From Hyphomicrobiaceae bacterium (GTDB taxonomy: Bacteria > Pseudomonadota > Alphaproteobacteria > Rhizobiales > Hyphomicrobiaceae): DNA of 64,000 nucleotides. The translations under genes were made by a program, and so were the position numbers. Shown piece after piece: positions 47,284 through 55,999 of the stretch (position 1 is the first letter of the stretch; each line of letters starts with the position of its first letter). The stretch is from contig JACKJI010000009.1 of assembly GCA_020638035.1 (NCBI GenBank), positions 15,081-79,080 of the forward strand, written 5' to 3'. The notes beneath the pieces were generated by a model. That model searched no databases, was not told where the DNA came from, and worked only from the letters and a program-made list of their open reading frames with translations.

Positions 47284-49272
47284 ATGTCCAACAAGATGTT
47301 TGTCTGCAGAAAATTCAACTCCTCCGCTGTTGCTCTGACGGCTGCAGTAATTACAACCGTCGTATTTCCGACCACGGGGGTAGCACAAACCTCTACGGCT
47401 CCCACCATGAGGGCAGCGCAGAGCTCTGCGGCTGATTTCGATCTTGTCATTATAGGTGGTCGGGTCATGGACCCGGAGACCAAGCATGACGCCGTTGCCA
47501 ATGTCGGCATCCGGGGCGGCAAGATCGCCGCGATCACCAAGAACAGGATTGCTGGCAAGGAGACGATCGACGCCAAGGGTCTCGTGGTGGCGCCCGGTTT
47601 CATCGACACGCATTTCCACTGGACGCGACCGCTCGGCTACAAGCTTGCATTGCGTGATGGGGTGACCACAGCGATGGACCTTGAGGCTGGTACCTTCGGC
47701 CCGAAGGTTGGCGAATGGTACGACATGCACAAGGGCAGGTCTCAGGTGAATTATGGCACGGCATCGGGGCACGAGTTCGCCAGGGCGGCAGTGTTGGACG
47801 GATTTTCCGAAGGACTGGACGCTCCTGCCTCAATCCTGAAGGGCCGTGCCGGCAAAGGATGGAGCGATGGCATTTTGACACTTGAGCAAGGCAACCTCCT
47901 GCTTGGGCATATTGACGAAGGCCTGCGCCTTGGCGCTCTGGGCGTGGCCTCGACGGTTGGCTATTTCCCGGGCGCTACGGCGCGCGAGATGTTCGAGGTG
48001 CAGCGTGTGGGCGCATATTATGGCCGCTTCACTTCCGTGCACTCTCGCTACACACCAGGTACGGCCACGACTGAAGCGAATGGTGCGCAGGAAATACTTT
48101 TGAATGCCGTGGCGCTTGGAGCGCCAGCGGTCATCAATCACTACAACAATCCAGGCTGGGAACTCGTACAGGAGATGCTGGTGCGCCTCCGTGCGAAGGG
48201 ATTCAATGTCTGGGGCGAATACTATCCTTATGCTGCGGGCTCTACCACCATCAACGCAGCCTTCATCCGGCCGGAGACCTGGGTCGACAAGCTCGGCAAC
48301 AAATATGAGGAGACTCTTCAGGATCCAATGACCGGCAAGTTCATGACGCGGGATGAGTATGAAAAAGTCGTCAAAGAGGAGCCGACAAAACAAATCGTAC
48401 TCTACAAGATGCCGCCGGACGACATTCCCAAATGGGTCGCTATGCCTGGCGTGGTGGTGGCCAGCGATGCGATGCCGGTTCCGGGCGGATGGGATCAATT
48501 CGCCTGGGACACGCCATTCGAGAAGCTTCCTAACATGCACCCGCGCGCTGCCGGCACGCATGGAAAGTCGCTGCGGCTTGCGCGAGAATCTCACATTCCG
48601 CTCATGCAGGTGCTGGCAACATTCAGTTACAATCCTGCCAGGTATCTCGGCGACACCGGGCTGAAGGCTATGCGGGAGCGTGGACGACTGCAGAAAGGAA
48701 TGGTGGCCGATATCGCGATTTTCGATGCCGATAAGGTCCGTGACAATGCGACCTATCTCAAGGGCACGCTACCGACGACAGGCATTCGCCATGTCCTGGT
48801 CAACGGTCAGGTTGTCGTGCGGGACGAGACTGTCCTGCCCAACGTCTTCCCCGGTCAGCCGATCCGCTTTTCGGTGGAAAAAAAGGGAAGGTTCCGCCCG
48901 CTTGATGTGAGGAGCTGGGAAAGTAGGTTCCTGGCCGCACCGACAGGCTTCCATGGGCTCAGCCCTTATGGGGATCTCAATTCGCCGCCGCCGGCTCCGG
49001 GAAAGAAATCATCGCTGCCGGAGTCCGCTCCTGTTACGCAGGCCTCGTCTTCCCAATTGAAGCCAGGCAGTACGAATGCGCTCGAAGCGAGCGATGGCAC
49101 CTCCACGTCTATTGTAATCGCGACAGGTTCGGGAAAACCAGATGTCAGCAAGCGCGCGGCGTGGCTTTCGCCGCGTAGCAAGATCAACTGGCCGGCAGAG
49201 GCTGAGGCCATTTTCTGTCCCATCCATGCAAGATGGGAAGGGCCGGACGCTCAGAACCTGCATCTGCGGTGA
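47284..49272 (+). CDS. Secreted amidohydrolase, N-acyl-D-amino-acid deacylase-like, with about 130-aa C-terminal extension
   Basis: Signal peptide from ATG 47284. DLVIIGGRVMDPE...IDAKGLVVAPGFIDTHFHW metal-binding start of the amidohydrolase fold. Collinear with the downstream paralog. Confidence 0.75.
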   Translation: MSNKMFVCRKFNSSAVALTAAVITTVVFPTTGVAQTSTAPTMRAAQSSAADFDLVIIGGRVMDPETKHDAVANVGIRGGKIAAITKNRIAGKETIDAKGLVVAPGFIDTHFHWTRPLGYKLALRDGVTTAMDLEAGTFGPKVGEWYDMHKGRSQVNYGTASGHEFARAAVLDGFSEGLDAPASILKGRAGKGWSDGILTLEQGNLLLGHIDEGLRLGALGVASTVGYFPGATAREMFEVQRVGAYYGRFTSVHSRYTPGTATTEANGAQEILLNAVALGAPAVINHYNNPGWELVQEMLVRLRAKGFNVWGEYYPYAAGSTTINAAFIRPETWVDKLGNKYEETLQDPMTGKFMTRDEYEKVVKEEPTKQIVLYKMPPDDIPKWVAMPGVVVASDAMPVPGGWDQFAWDTPFEKLPNMHPRAAGTHGKSLRLARESHIPLMQVLATFSYNPARYLGDTGLKAMRERGRLQKGMVADIAIFDADKVRDNATYLKGTLPTTGIRHVLVNGQVVVRDETVLPNVFPGQPIRFSVEKKGRFRPLDVRSWESRFLAAPTGFHGLSPYGDLNSPPPAPGKKSSLPESAPVTQASSSQLKPGSTNALEASDGTSTSIVIATGSGKPDVSKRAAWLSPRSKINWPAEAEAIFCPIHARWEGPDAQNLHLR

Positions 49273-49448
49273 GAAGGGTGCGGTGGTAACTTCAATATTC
49301 GGAAAGCGGCTTTCGTAGACACTCGTTGAAAGCGATGTGAACCACCAAAACAGGAAGCGTGCGTCCATCGTGGCGCACCAGTAGCATCCCTGTCCAGGTA
49401 ACTATCACCAAGACTACAGAGGACCTGATCACGCATCAGTGCAGAACC

Positions 49449-51125
49449 ATGGCAAAGAATGAAATCAATCGTCGGGAGTTTAATGCTGGCATGGCCACGA
49501 CCGTCGTAGCCGCCAGTGCCGCGAGCCAAGCACTGGCACAGACCGCGGAGCCTTTTGACCTCGTGATCCGGGGTGGGCGCGTCATGGACCCAGAAACCAA
49601 TTTCGACAAAGTGGCGAATGTCGGTGTCCGTAAAGGCCGGATCGTTGCCATCACGACCGAAACTCTCAACGGCGGGCGCCAGATCGATGCGAGCGGACAT
49701 GTCGTGGCGCCGGGCTTCATCGACACCCACTACCACTGGCCGCGGCTGATGGGGAACAAGCTGGCGCTGCGCGACGGGCGCACGACGGTGATGGACCTGG
49801 AAATGGGCACGCTCGGTACGAAGGTGAACGACTGGTATGCTGCGCGTGCTGGCCAGACCCCCCTCAACTTCGGATGTGCATCTTGTCACGAATTCGCACG
49901 GGCATTCGTTCTTGACGGCATTACCACGACCGATACGCCTGAGGCCTTGAACCATCGCGGTTCGAAGAAGTCTGGCTGGTCCTCGACCCGGCCGACCCTC
50001 GAGCAAGGCAACGAAATCCTCCGGGTGATCGACGCCGGGTTGACTGCAGGCGCGATCGGGATGGGCTCCACTCTCGGCTATATGCGCGACGGTACCTCGG
50101 CGCGGGAGGTGTTTGAACTTCAGAAGCTCGCTGGACTTTATGGGCGTCCCTCTGCCTTCCACTTCCGCTATACGCCTGGCACCGACACGATGGAATCCAA
50201 CGGCATCCAGGAGATGCTGGCAAATGCCGCAGCGCTCGGCGCGCCTGCCATCGCCTGCCACTTCAACAACCCTGGCTATAATCTGGTGCACGAACTTCTG
50301 GTGCGGATGCGTGAGCGTGGCATGAATGTGTGGGGCGAGCTTTATCCCTATGCCGCCGGGTCTACAGCAATCAATGCCGTATTTCTCGAACCGGATGTCT
50401 GGGTGAAGCAGCTTGGCTACAAGTACGAAGAGACGATCCAGGATGCGTTGACAGGTGAATATTACACCGAAAAGACGCGTGCAGAAATGATCAAGAAGGA
50501 GCCGGCAAGGCTCGTGCAAGTCTATAAGATGCCCGAGTCGACTATCGTCGATTGGCTGAAGTTGCCGGGCGTCGCCATCGCCTCTGATACGATGCCGATC
50601 ATCGATCCCTCGATCACATGGGACACGCCGTATGAGGACCTGCCCAACAGCCATCCGCGGGGAGCGGGTTCGTTCGCGCGTGCATTGCGGATCGGTCGGG
50701 AATATAAGATTCCGCTCATGCAGACTATCGCACAACTCAGCTACAATTCGGCTCTGCCGTTGGGAAAGACCGGGTTGAAAGCGATGCAGGAGCGCGGCCG
50801 GATGCAGGAGGGCATGGTTGCCGACATCACCATTTTTAATCCCGAAACAGTGACCGACAATGCAACATACGCGAAGGGGACACTCCCTTCGAGCGGCATT
50901 CCTTTCGTTATCGTCAACGGCGTCGTGGTGGTGGAGAACTCCCAGGTTCTGAAGAACGTCAATCCCGGCCAGCAAATCAGACACGATCCGCGCGAAACCC
51001 TGCGGCAGCCGATCGACGTCGACGCCTGGACGAGATCCTATTACGTCGTGCCGAAGGACTTCGGCGGCGGTGTGCCGGATACGCAGCCGGTTTACGACAA
51101 GAACGTGATCCGTTGCTGTGAATGA
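49449..51125 (+). CDS. Tat-exported amidohydrolase, N-acyl-D-amino-acid deacylase-like (tandem paralog)
   Basis: Twin-arginine signal INRREFNAGMATTVV. DLVIRGGRVMDPE...IDASGHVVAPGFIDTHYHW. Collinear with 47284..49272 along the whole catalytic domain. Confidence 0.75.
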   Translation: MAKNEINRREFNAGMATTVVAASAASQALAQTAEPFDLVIRGGRVMDPETNFDKVANVGVRKGRIVAITTETLNGGRQIDASGHVVAPGFIDTHYHWPRLMGNKLALRDGRTTVMDLEMGTLGTKVNDWYAARAGQTPLNFGCASCHEFARAFVLDGITTTDTPEALNHRGSKKSGWSSTRPTLEQGNEILRVIDAGLTAGAIGMGSTLGYMRDGTSAREVFELQKLAGLYGRPSAFHFRYTPGTDTMESNGIQEMLANAAALGAPAIACHFNNPGYNLVHELLVRMRERGMNVWGELYPYAAGSTAINAVFLEPDVWVKQLGYKYEETIQDALTGEYYTEKTRAEMIKKEPARLVQVYKMPESTIVDWLKLPGVAIASDTMPIIDPSITWDTPYEDLPNSHPRGAGSFARALRIGREYKIPLMQTIAQLSYNSALPLGKTGLKAMQERGRMQEGMVADITIFNPETVTDNATYAKGTLPSSGIPFVIVNGVVVVENSQVLKNVNPGQQIRHDPRETLRQPIDVDAWTRSYYVVPKDFGGGVPDTQPVYDKNVIRCCE

Positions 51126-51129
51126 GTGC

Positions 51130-51325
51130 AGGTGTATCCGCGAGAGCGTTAGTTAGTGGAAGTATAAATTCCACCGTGGCCGTGTCGAAGCAAGCTTGAT
51201 CCCTGCCCGACGGTTCAAGGGACTCTGGTGGCAGCGCATAGCCATGTTGCCGAAGCCCTTGAGCCGACCGAAGTTACGTTCGATCCGAGCGTTTGTCTTA
51301 GCCCCCTAGAACTAGGCCATCATGT
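51130..51325 (-). mobile_element. Degenerate IS5-family transposase C-terminal remnant
   Basis: The minus-strand frame reads ...GAKTNARIERNFGRLKGFGNMAMRCHQSPLNRRAGIKLASTRPRW..stop. This resembles the (Y)K.RN.IER.F..LK.FR..ATRY.K......A...LA..R.W tail of IS5-type transposases. In-frame stops lie upstream and no N-terminal part remains. Confidence 0.4.
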
Positions 51326-51684
51326 TTCGACCTTTGAACATGGGCATCGGCGGGGCGGTCCATTTTTCAACCTTTCAGTCCAACATGTCCGGACATGACC
51401 GCTGAACCGTGTGCGGCGCACAAAGTTCAGGCGCACGTGCACAATCCGTGCGCGTCTTGGTGGCGATATATCGCGGAGGAAAAATTCTAAGCTGTTGTTT
51501 TGTATGAACATAATGACTTGGCATGGAACCTGCTGAAGAGAGCATGCTGGCCTGCTACTGATGGCGAACCAGCTCTCGCAGACGCTTGCGGATCGAGTGA
51601 CGGACTTCCAGTCCGGCAGACCGCGCGTCTGAATTCCCGTCACCCGGTTCAAAGCGCACTTCAATCAGTGTCAAAGGGTGACTC

Positions 51685-52482
51685 ATGTCTACTGATACAA
51701 CGACGGCCGACATCAAAGGCAACAAGGACCTCATCATCAAGAACCAGGCCATGCTGGCGGCGAACGCTTCTGCGCTCGGTGAGAACCGCGACATGCTCGT
51801 GGCCAACCATGAGATTCTTATCGAGAACAAGTCCGTCCTCAGCCAGAACAAGCGCACGCTGGACAGCAACGCCGATACGCTTTCCAGCAATCATGCGATG
51901 CTCGAGAGTAACAAGCGGTCGCTTGCCGACAATCATGCGATGCTCGAAGGTAACAAGTCGACGATCAACAGCAACGCGCTGACCTTGAAGAGCAACGCAA
52001 CAGCCCTGGCCGGCAATTGCGCCGCATTGGCCGAGAACCACGATCTCCTCGTCGCAAATCATGCGACCTTGGACGGCAACAAGACCGCGCTCAGCGAGAA
52101 CCACACACTGCTCGCCGCCAACCGTTCAGCGATCAGCGAGAACAGTGCCGTTCTGAAGGGCAACGCGGCCGCGATTTCCAGCAACAAGGCGGTGATTGCT
52201 GCCAATAACGAACTTCTGGAGTCCAATCACGGTCTTCTCGAGAGCAACAAGGCCACTCTGGAGAGCAACTCTGCCAAGATCGCCACGAACTACGAGATCA
52301 TCGCTGGTAATTCGGCGACTATGAAGGCGAACAAGGCGGCGATCGAAGCCAATTCTGACGCGCTGGCGTCGAACCATGGACTTCTCGAATCCAATCGCCT
52401 GATGCTCAAGGCCAACAACGAGATGTTGAAATCGAACAATGCGCTGTTGCTCAAGATCGCGGCAGCCGTTGGCGTCCTCTGA
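51685..52482 (+). CDS. Heptad-repeat protein: 35 consecutive xNxxx(L/I/M)x units, unknown function
   Basis: AAGGG lies 6 nt before the ATG. Translation is an 11-aa head, 35 uninterrupted heptads (Asn 35/35 at position 2, Leu/Ile/Met 35/35 at position 6) and the tail KIAAAVGVL. There is no signal peptide and no Pro. Confidence 0.65.
   Translation: MSTDTTTADIKGNKDLIIKNQAMLAANASALGENRDMLVANHEILIENKSVLSQNKRTLDSNADTLSSNHAMLESNKRSLADNHAMLEGNKSTINSNALTLKSNATALAGNCAALAENHDLLVANHATLDGNKTALSENHTLLAANRSAISENSAVLKGNAAAISSNKAVIAANNELLESNHGLLESNKATLESNSAKIATNYEIIAGNSATMKANKAAIEANSDALASNHGLLESNRLMLKANNEMLKSNNALLLKIAAAVGVL
51718..52452 (+). repeat. 21-nt periodic coding repeat (35 units) underlying the heptad protein
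   Basis: The periodicity is visible in the translation of both strands. The minus-strand ORFs 51661..52104 and 52126..52632 show mirrored repeats. Confidence 0.8.
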
Positions 52483-52702
52483 GTGAACGCTCACCGAACA
52501 CAAGCGATCGCGCGCTGACGTTGGCGCATGCGTGTCGCAACAGCGCCATCGCACTCCAGCGATTGCGCATTCTGCATGAAGAGGACGTCGCGCCGCTGAC
52601 GACGGCCTCTTCCGGCTGCTGCTGGCCACCAACCTTCTCGATCAATCCGAGCTACCGGCCGCGGCCGGAGCACTCACCCTGTCATGTCCAGGAGCGATGC
52701 CC

Positions 52703-53959
52703 ATGGCGTCCATGAGCGCAATTATGAAATCCGGACACCCGAAGACACTCTTCGCGGCGTTCCTCTACTTCGACTTCTGCTTTGCCGTATGGGTGTTGAA
52801 CGGTGCTATGGCGCCCTTCATCACCGAATATTTCAAGCTTACTCCGTCGCAAACGGGCTTCATGATCTCGGTTCCGATCATGGCGGGCGCCCTTATGCGG
52901 CTGCCACTGGGCATTCTCGCGCAATACATCGGGCGCAAGAATGCAGCCATCACCGAGATGGTACTGATCATGATTGCCATGGCGTACGGTTACTTCGTCG
53001 TCACCACCTACAATGAGGTGATTGCGATGGGCGTACTGCTCGGCATCGCGGGGGCGTCATTCGGCGTTGCGCTGTCCCTCGGCTCGGGCTGGTTTCCGCC
53101 GCAGTTCAAGGGCCTGGCCATGGGGATCGCCGGTGCCGGCAATTCCGGCACCGTTCTCGCTGTGTTGCTGGCGCCGCCCATCGCGACTGCCTATGGGTGG
53201 AAGACCGTCTACGGCCTTGCCGGCTTGGCCATGGCGCTGCCTCTGCTCGTCATGATCTTCATGGCGAAGGAGCCGCCGGACCGCGATCACGCCCACACGA
53301 TCAAGGATCAGATCAAGTGCCTGTGGGAAAAAGACGGTTGGGCGTTTAACCTCGTCTACATCATCACGTTCGGCGGGTTCATTGGGCTTTCGAGCTTCCT
53401 GCCGACCTTCTTCTACGAGCAGTTCGGTGTGACCAAGGTGGAGGCCGGCCAGTTGACCATGCTTGCCGCGTTGATGGGCTCGGGAATACGCATCGTGGGC
53501 GGATACGCATCCGATCGGCTAGGCGGCATCCTGGTCTTATCGGTCGTGCTGCTGGTCGCAATTGCAGGTCTACTTGCAACAAGCACTGCGCCGAACATCG
53601 TCATCACAACGACTCTGTTTATGGTGTGCTTCGCCGCACTCGGTGCCGGCAACGGCGCGCTGTTTCAGCTCGTACCGCTGCGCTGGCCTGCGACGACGGC
53701 TGTGGCCGGAAGCATGATTGGCGAGGTGGGTGCCCTTGGCGGCTCCATCGTGCCGCTGGCCATGGGGTTCTCGAAGCAATACACCGGCAGCTTCTCGGCT
53801 GGCTTCGCATTCTTCGCGGGCTTTGCCTTGGTCGTGCTGCTGGTTCTGCGGTATTTCCAGCGTCAATGGGTGGGCAAGTGGGTCGGCCCAAATGGTCGCG
53901 TACTCGCGCCGGCACCGTCGCCTGTACATGCCATGGGCCATTCACCTGCATCGGCGTAA
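52703..53959 (+). CDS. narK: MFS nitrate/nitrite transporter (NNP family)
   Basis: 12-TM MFS pattern. FLYFDFCFAVWVLNGAMAPFI and GALMRLPLGILAQYIGRKN are NNP-family signatures. ATG 52703 is preferred (AGGAG 8 nt upstream) over ATG 52697. Confidence 0.7.
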   Translation: MASMSAIMKSGHPKTLFAAFLYFDFCFAVWVLNGAMAPFITEYFKLTPSQTGFMISVPIMAGALMRLPLGILAQYIGRKNAAITEMVLIMIAMAYGYFVVTTYNEVIAMGVLLGIAGASFGVALSLGSGWFPPQFKGLAMGIAGAGNSGTVLAVLLAPPIATAYGWKTVYGLAGLAMALPLLVMIFMAKEPPDRDHAHTIKDQIKCLWEKDGWAFNLVYIITFGGFIGLSSFLPTFFYEQFGVTKVEAGQLTMLAALMGSGIRIVGGYASDRLGGILVLSVVLLVAIAGLLATSTAPNIVITTTLFMVCFAALGAGNGALFQLVPLRWPATTAVAGSMIGEVGALGGSIVPLAMGFSKQYTGSFSAGFAFFAGFALVVLLVLRYFQRQWVGKWVGPNGRVLAPAPSPVHAMGHSPASA

Positions 53960-54023
53960 GCTGCGAACCTCTGCACAGGGCGGGCCTGCAGGCTCGCCCT
54001 GAGTAACTGCATAAAGGACTCGT

Positions 54024-54614
54024 ATGGTCATCGAAGCAAACATGAAGATTGCTGTGATCGACGACGATCCGACGCGGTTCATCGTCGTCGAAAACGGTCT
54101 TAGAGAAGCTGGCTACACCAACGTGATCCACATCAAGGAGCGCGTTGGCCTTTTGCAGGCCGTGAATGCGTTGATGCCTGACGTCATCATCATCGATCTA
54201 GGGAACCCGAATCGGGACGTGCTGGAGCAAGCCTTTCACATGAGCCGGATCGTGCCGCGTCCGGTCGTGATGTTTGTCGATGATGCCGACATGGAGACGA
54301 TCAGCACGGCGGTCGATGCGGGCGTCTCCGCTTACATCGTGGACGGTCTCAAGAAGGAGCGTGTCAAAGGCATCCTCCAGGAGGCTGTGCTGCGTTTTCG
54401 TGCATTCGCGGCCATGAAGGGGGAGATCGCATCACTGCGAACGCAGCTCGAGGAACGCAAGACGATCGAGCGCGCAAAGGGGATCCTCATGGAGGCCAAA
54501 GGGCTCACGGAGGATGAAGCCTATCAGGTGCTGAAGAAACAATCGATGGCGATGAACAAGAAGATAAGCGAGATCGCCGCGGCCATTGTCATGACTTCGG
54601 ACATGCTCAAATGA
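54024..54614 (+). CDS. nasT: ANTAR-domain response regulator (nitrate assimilation antiterminator)
   Basis: Receiver domain plus ANTAR (LEERKTIERAKGILMEAKGLTEDEAYQVLKKQSMAMNKKISEIAAAIV). Adjacent to a NasS-like gene. Confidence 0.8.
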   Translation: MVIEANMKIAVIDDDPTRFIVVENGLREAGYTNVIHIKERVGLLQAVNALMPDVIIIDLGNPNRDVLEQAFHMSRIVPRPVVMFVDDADMETISTAVDAGVSAYIVDGLKKERVKGILQEAVLRFRAFAAMKGEIASLRTQLEERKTIERAKGILMEAKGLTEDEAYQVLKKQSMAMNKKISEIAAAIVMTSDMLK

Positions 54615-55651
54615 CGATAGATGTTCGCATTGGCTTTGTACCGCTTGTCGACGCGGCTCTTCCAATTCTCGCCCACGAGCTGGGTTTCGATCGCCGCAAC
54701 GGGACCCATTTCATTCTCCAGAAGGAAGCCTCGTGGGCCACTATTCGTGACAAATTGCAGTTCGGACTGGTCGACGCTGCGCATTTTCTCGCTCCTGCGG
54801 CCATCGCCGTGTCGCACGGTGTGGGTCATGTAAAAGTGCCTCTTACCGTTCCCGTCGCGCTTGGTTGGAACGGAAATGCCATCGTCGTGGCGCCGTGGCT
54901 GGCGGACGAAATCTTTGCCAAGGCAGTTGGCGCCGTATCAGACCCAACCGTTACGGCAAAGGCTCTTCACGCTATTTTTTCTGAAAGACAATCGGCAGGG
55001 TTGCGGCCACTGCGGTTTGGTATTGTCTATCCGTTCTCCAGCCACACGTTCTTGCTGCGCCACTGGATGCATCTCGGCGGCTTCCCTGATGGCGCCGACG
55101 TGCCACTGGATGTCGTGCCGCCGCCGTTCATGGCCGATAGTCTACAGCAAGGTTACATCGACGGCTTCTGCGTCGGCGCACCTTGGGGGCAACAGGCAGT
55201 GCGCCAGGGCTCAGGACGAATGCTGCATTTGAGCGTAGAGCTCGTGAAAGATTGTCCAGAAAAAGTGCTGGCATTCCGTTCGGGCAGCATCACTGACAAT
55301 ACAATACCCTGGCAGCAGGTGGTCCGCGCCACCATGGATGCGTCGCGTTGGCTGGAGAAGAGCGAGAACATCGCAGAGGCCGCGCGCCTTCTCGCGCAGC
55401 CGGAATACTTAGGCATCGCGCATACGGATATCGAGGACATCCTCTCTGGACACCCCGGTCCTTCTTGCCCGTCGGACTTGCGAACGGTTGCGAGCTCTAT
55501 TCGGCTCGATCCCGAAACTCTGAAACCAACTCGCAAGGACGAGGAACTGATCATCGGCTGGATCAAGGAAATCGATGTGGCAAGTCTGGGGCCCGCTAGC
55601 CACAAGGTCTACCGGCCGGACTTGTTCGAGCAGGCCCTGGCAAATACTTAG
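54611..55651 (+). CDS. nasS: NrtA/NMT1-like nitrate-nitrite sensor protein, cytoplasmic
   Basis: No signal peptide. Periplasmic-binding-protein-like fold signature (IRIGFVPLVDAA.....E.GF......ASW......L..G..DAAH.LAP). The start overlaps the nasT stop. Confidence 0.7.
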   Translation: MTIDVRIGFVPLVDAALPILAHELGFDRRNGTHFILQKEASWATIRDKLQFGLVDAAHFLAPAAIAVSHGVGHVKVPLTVPVALGWNGNAIVVAPWLADEIFAKAVGAVSDPTVTAKALHAIFSERQSAGLRPLRFGIVYPFSSHTFLLRHWMHLGGFPDGADVPLDVVPPPFMADSLQQGYIDGFCVGAPWGQQAVRQGSGRMLHLSVELVKDCPEKVLAFRSGSITDNTIPWQQVVRATMDASRWLEKSENIAEAARLLAQPEYLGIAHTDIEDILSGHPGPSCPSDLRTVASSIRLDPETLKPTRKDEELIIGWIKEIDVASLGPASHKVYRPDLFEQALANT

Positions 55652-55918
55652 GTAACGCCTAACCAAACTGGACTCGATTTCATAGTGTGGACTCGTTAGG
55701 AGGCACATTGCCGACTGCCATCCCACACCTGACGCTGCACGGCCTCGGGCCGGGCGGCGAAGGGGGCAACGGCGAACATGGATCGAATCCAACCATCACG
55801 TCGGTAGTTCTTCGATAGGCAGGTACACTAGTGTCACCAACACTGGGTGAACCAATCCCACATGTGGGAAGACGCGACCTGATGCGATGCAGCATGCTTT
55901 TGAAAACAAAAGTCTGCC

Positions 55919-55999
55919 CCTGTGAAGGGTTTCGGATGCCGGCCCGCCGCGCCGGTGGTCGCCGTCATCATGGGGCCGGCATCCGAAACCCTTCACAGG
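55919..55999. repeat. Perfect 27-bp inverted repeat with 27-nt spacer (long hairpin)
   Basis: CCTGTGAAGGGTTTCGGATGCCGGCCC (55919-55945) is the exact reverse complement of 55973-55999. It is intergenic between nasS and the protease gene. Confidence 0.85.

Noticed and set aside
49251-50984. 577-aa minus-strand ORF antisense to the second amidohydrolase
   Set aside because: It is a shadow ORF opposite a gene with strong family motifs and a Tat signal. Its composition is Arg/His/Gly-rich and not protein-like.
51661-52632. Minus-strand ORFs 51661..52104 and 52126..52632 with their own repeat pattern
   Set aside because: They are reverse-frame echoes of the 21-nt periodicity. The plus-strand frame has a ribosome-binding site, a single clean start, an uninterrupted 265-codon frame and an invariant Asn/Leu register. 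The minus frames are broken and Arg/Val/Gly-rich.
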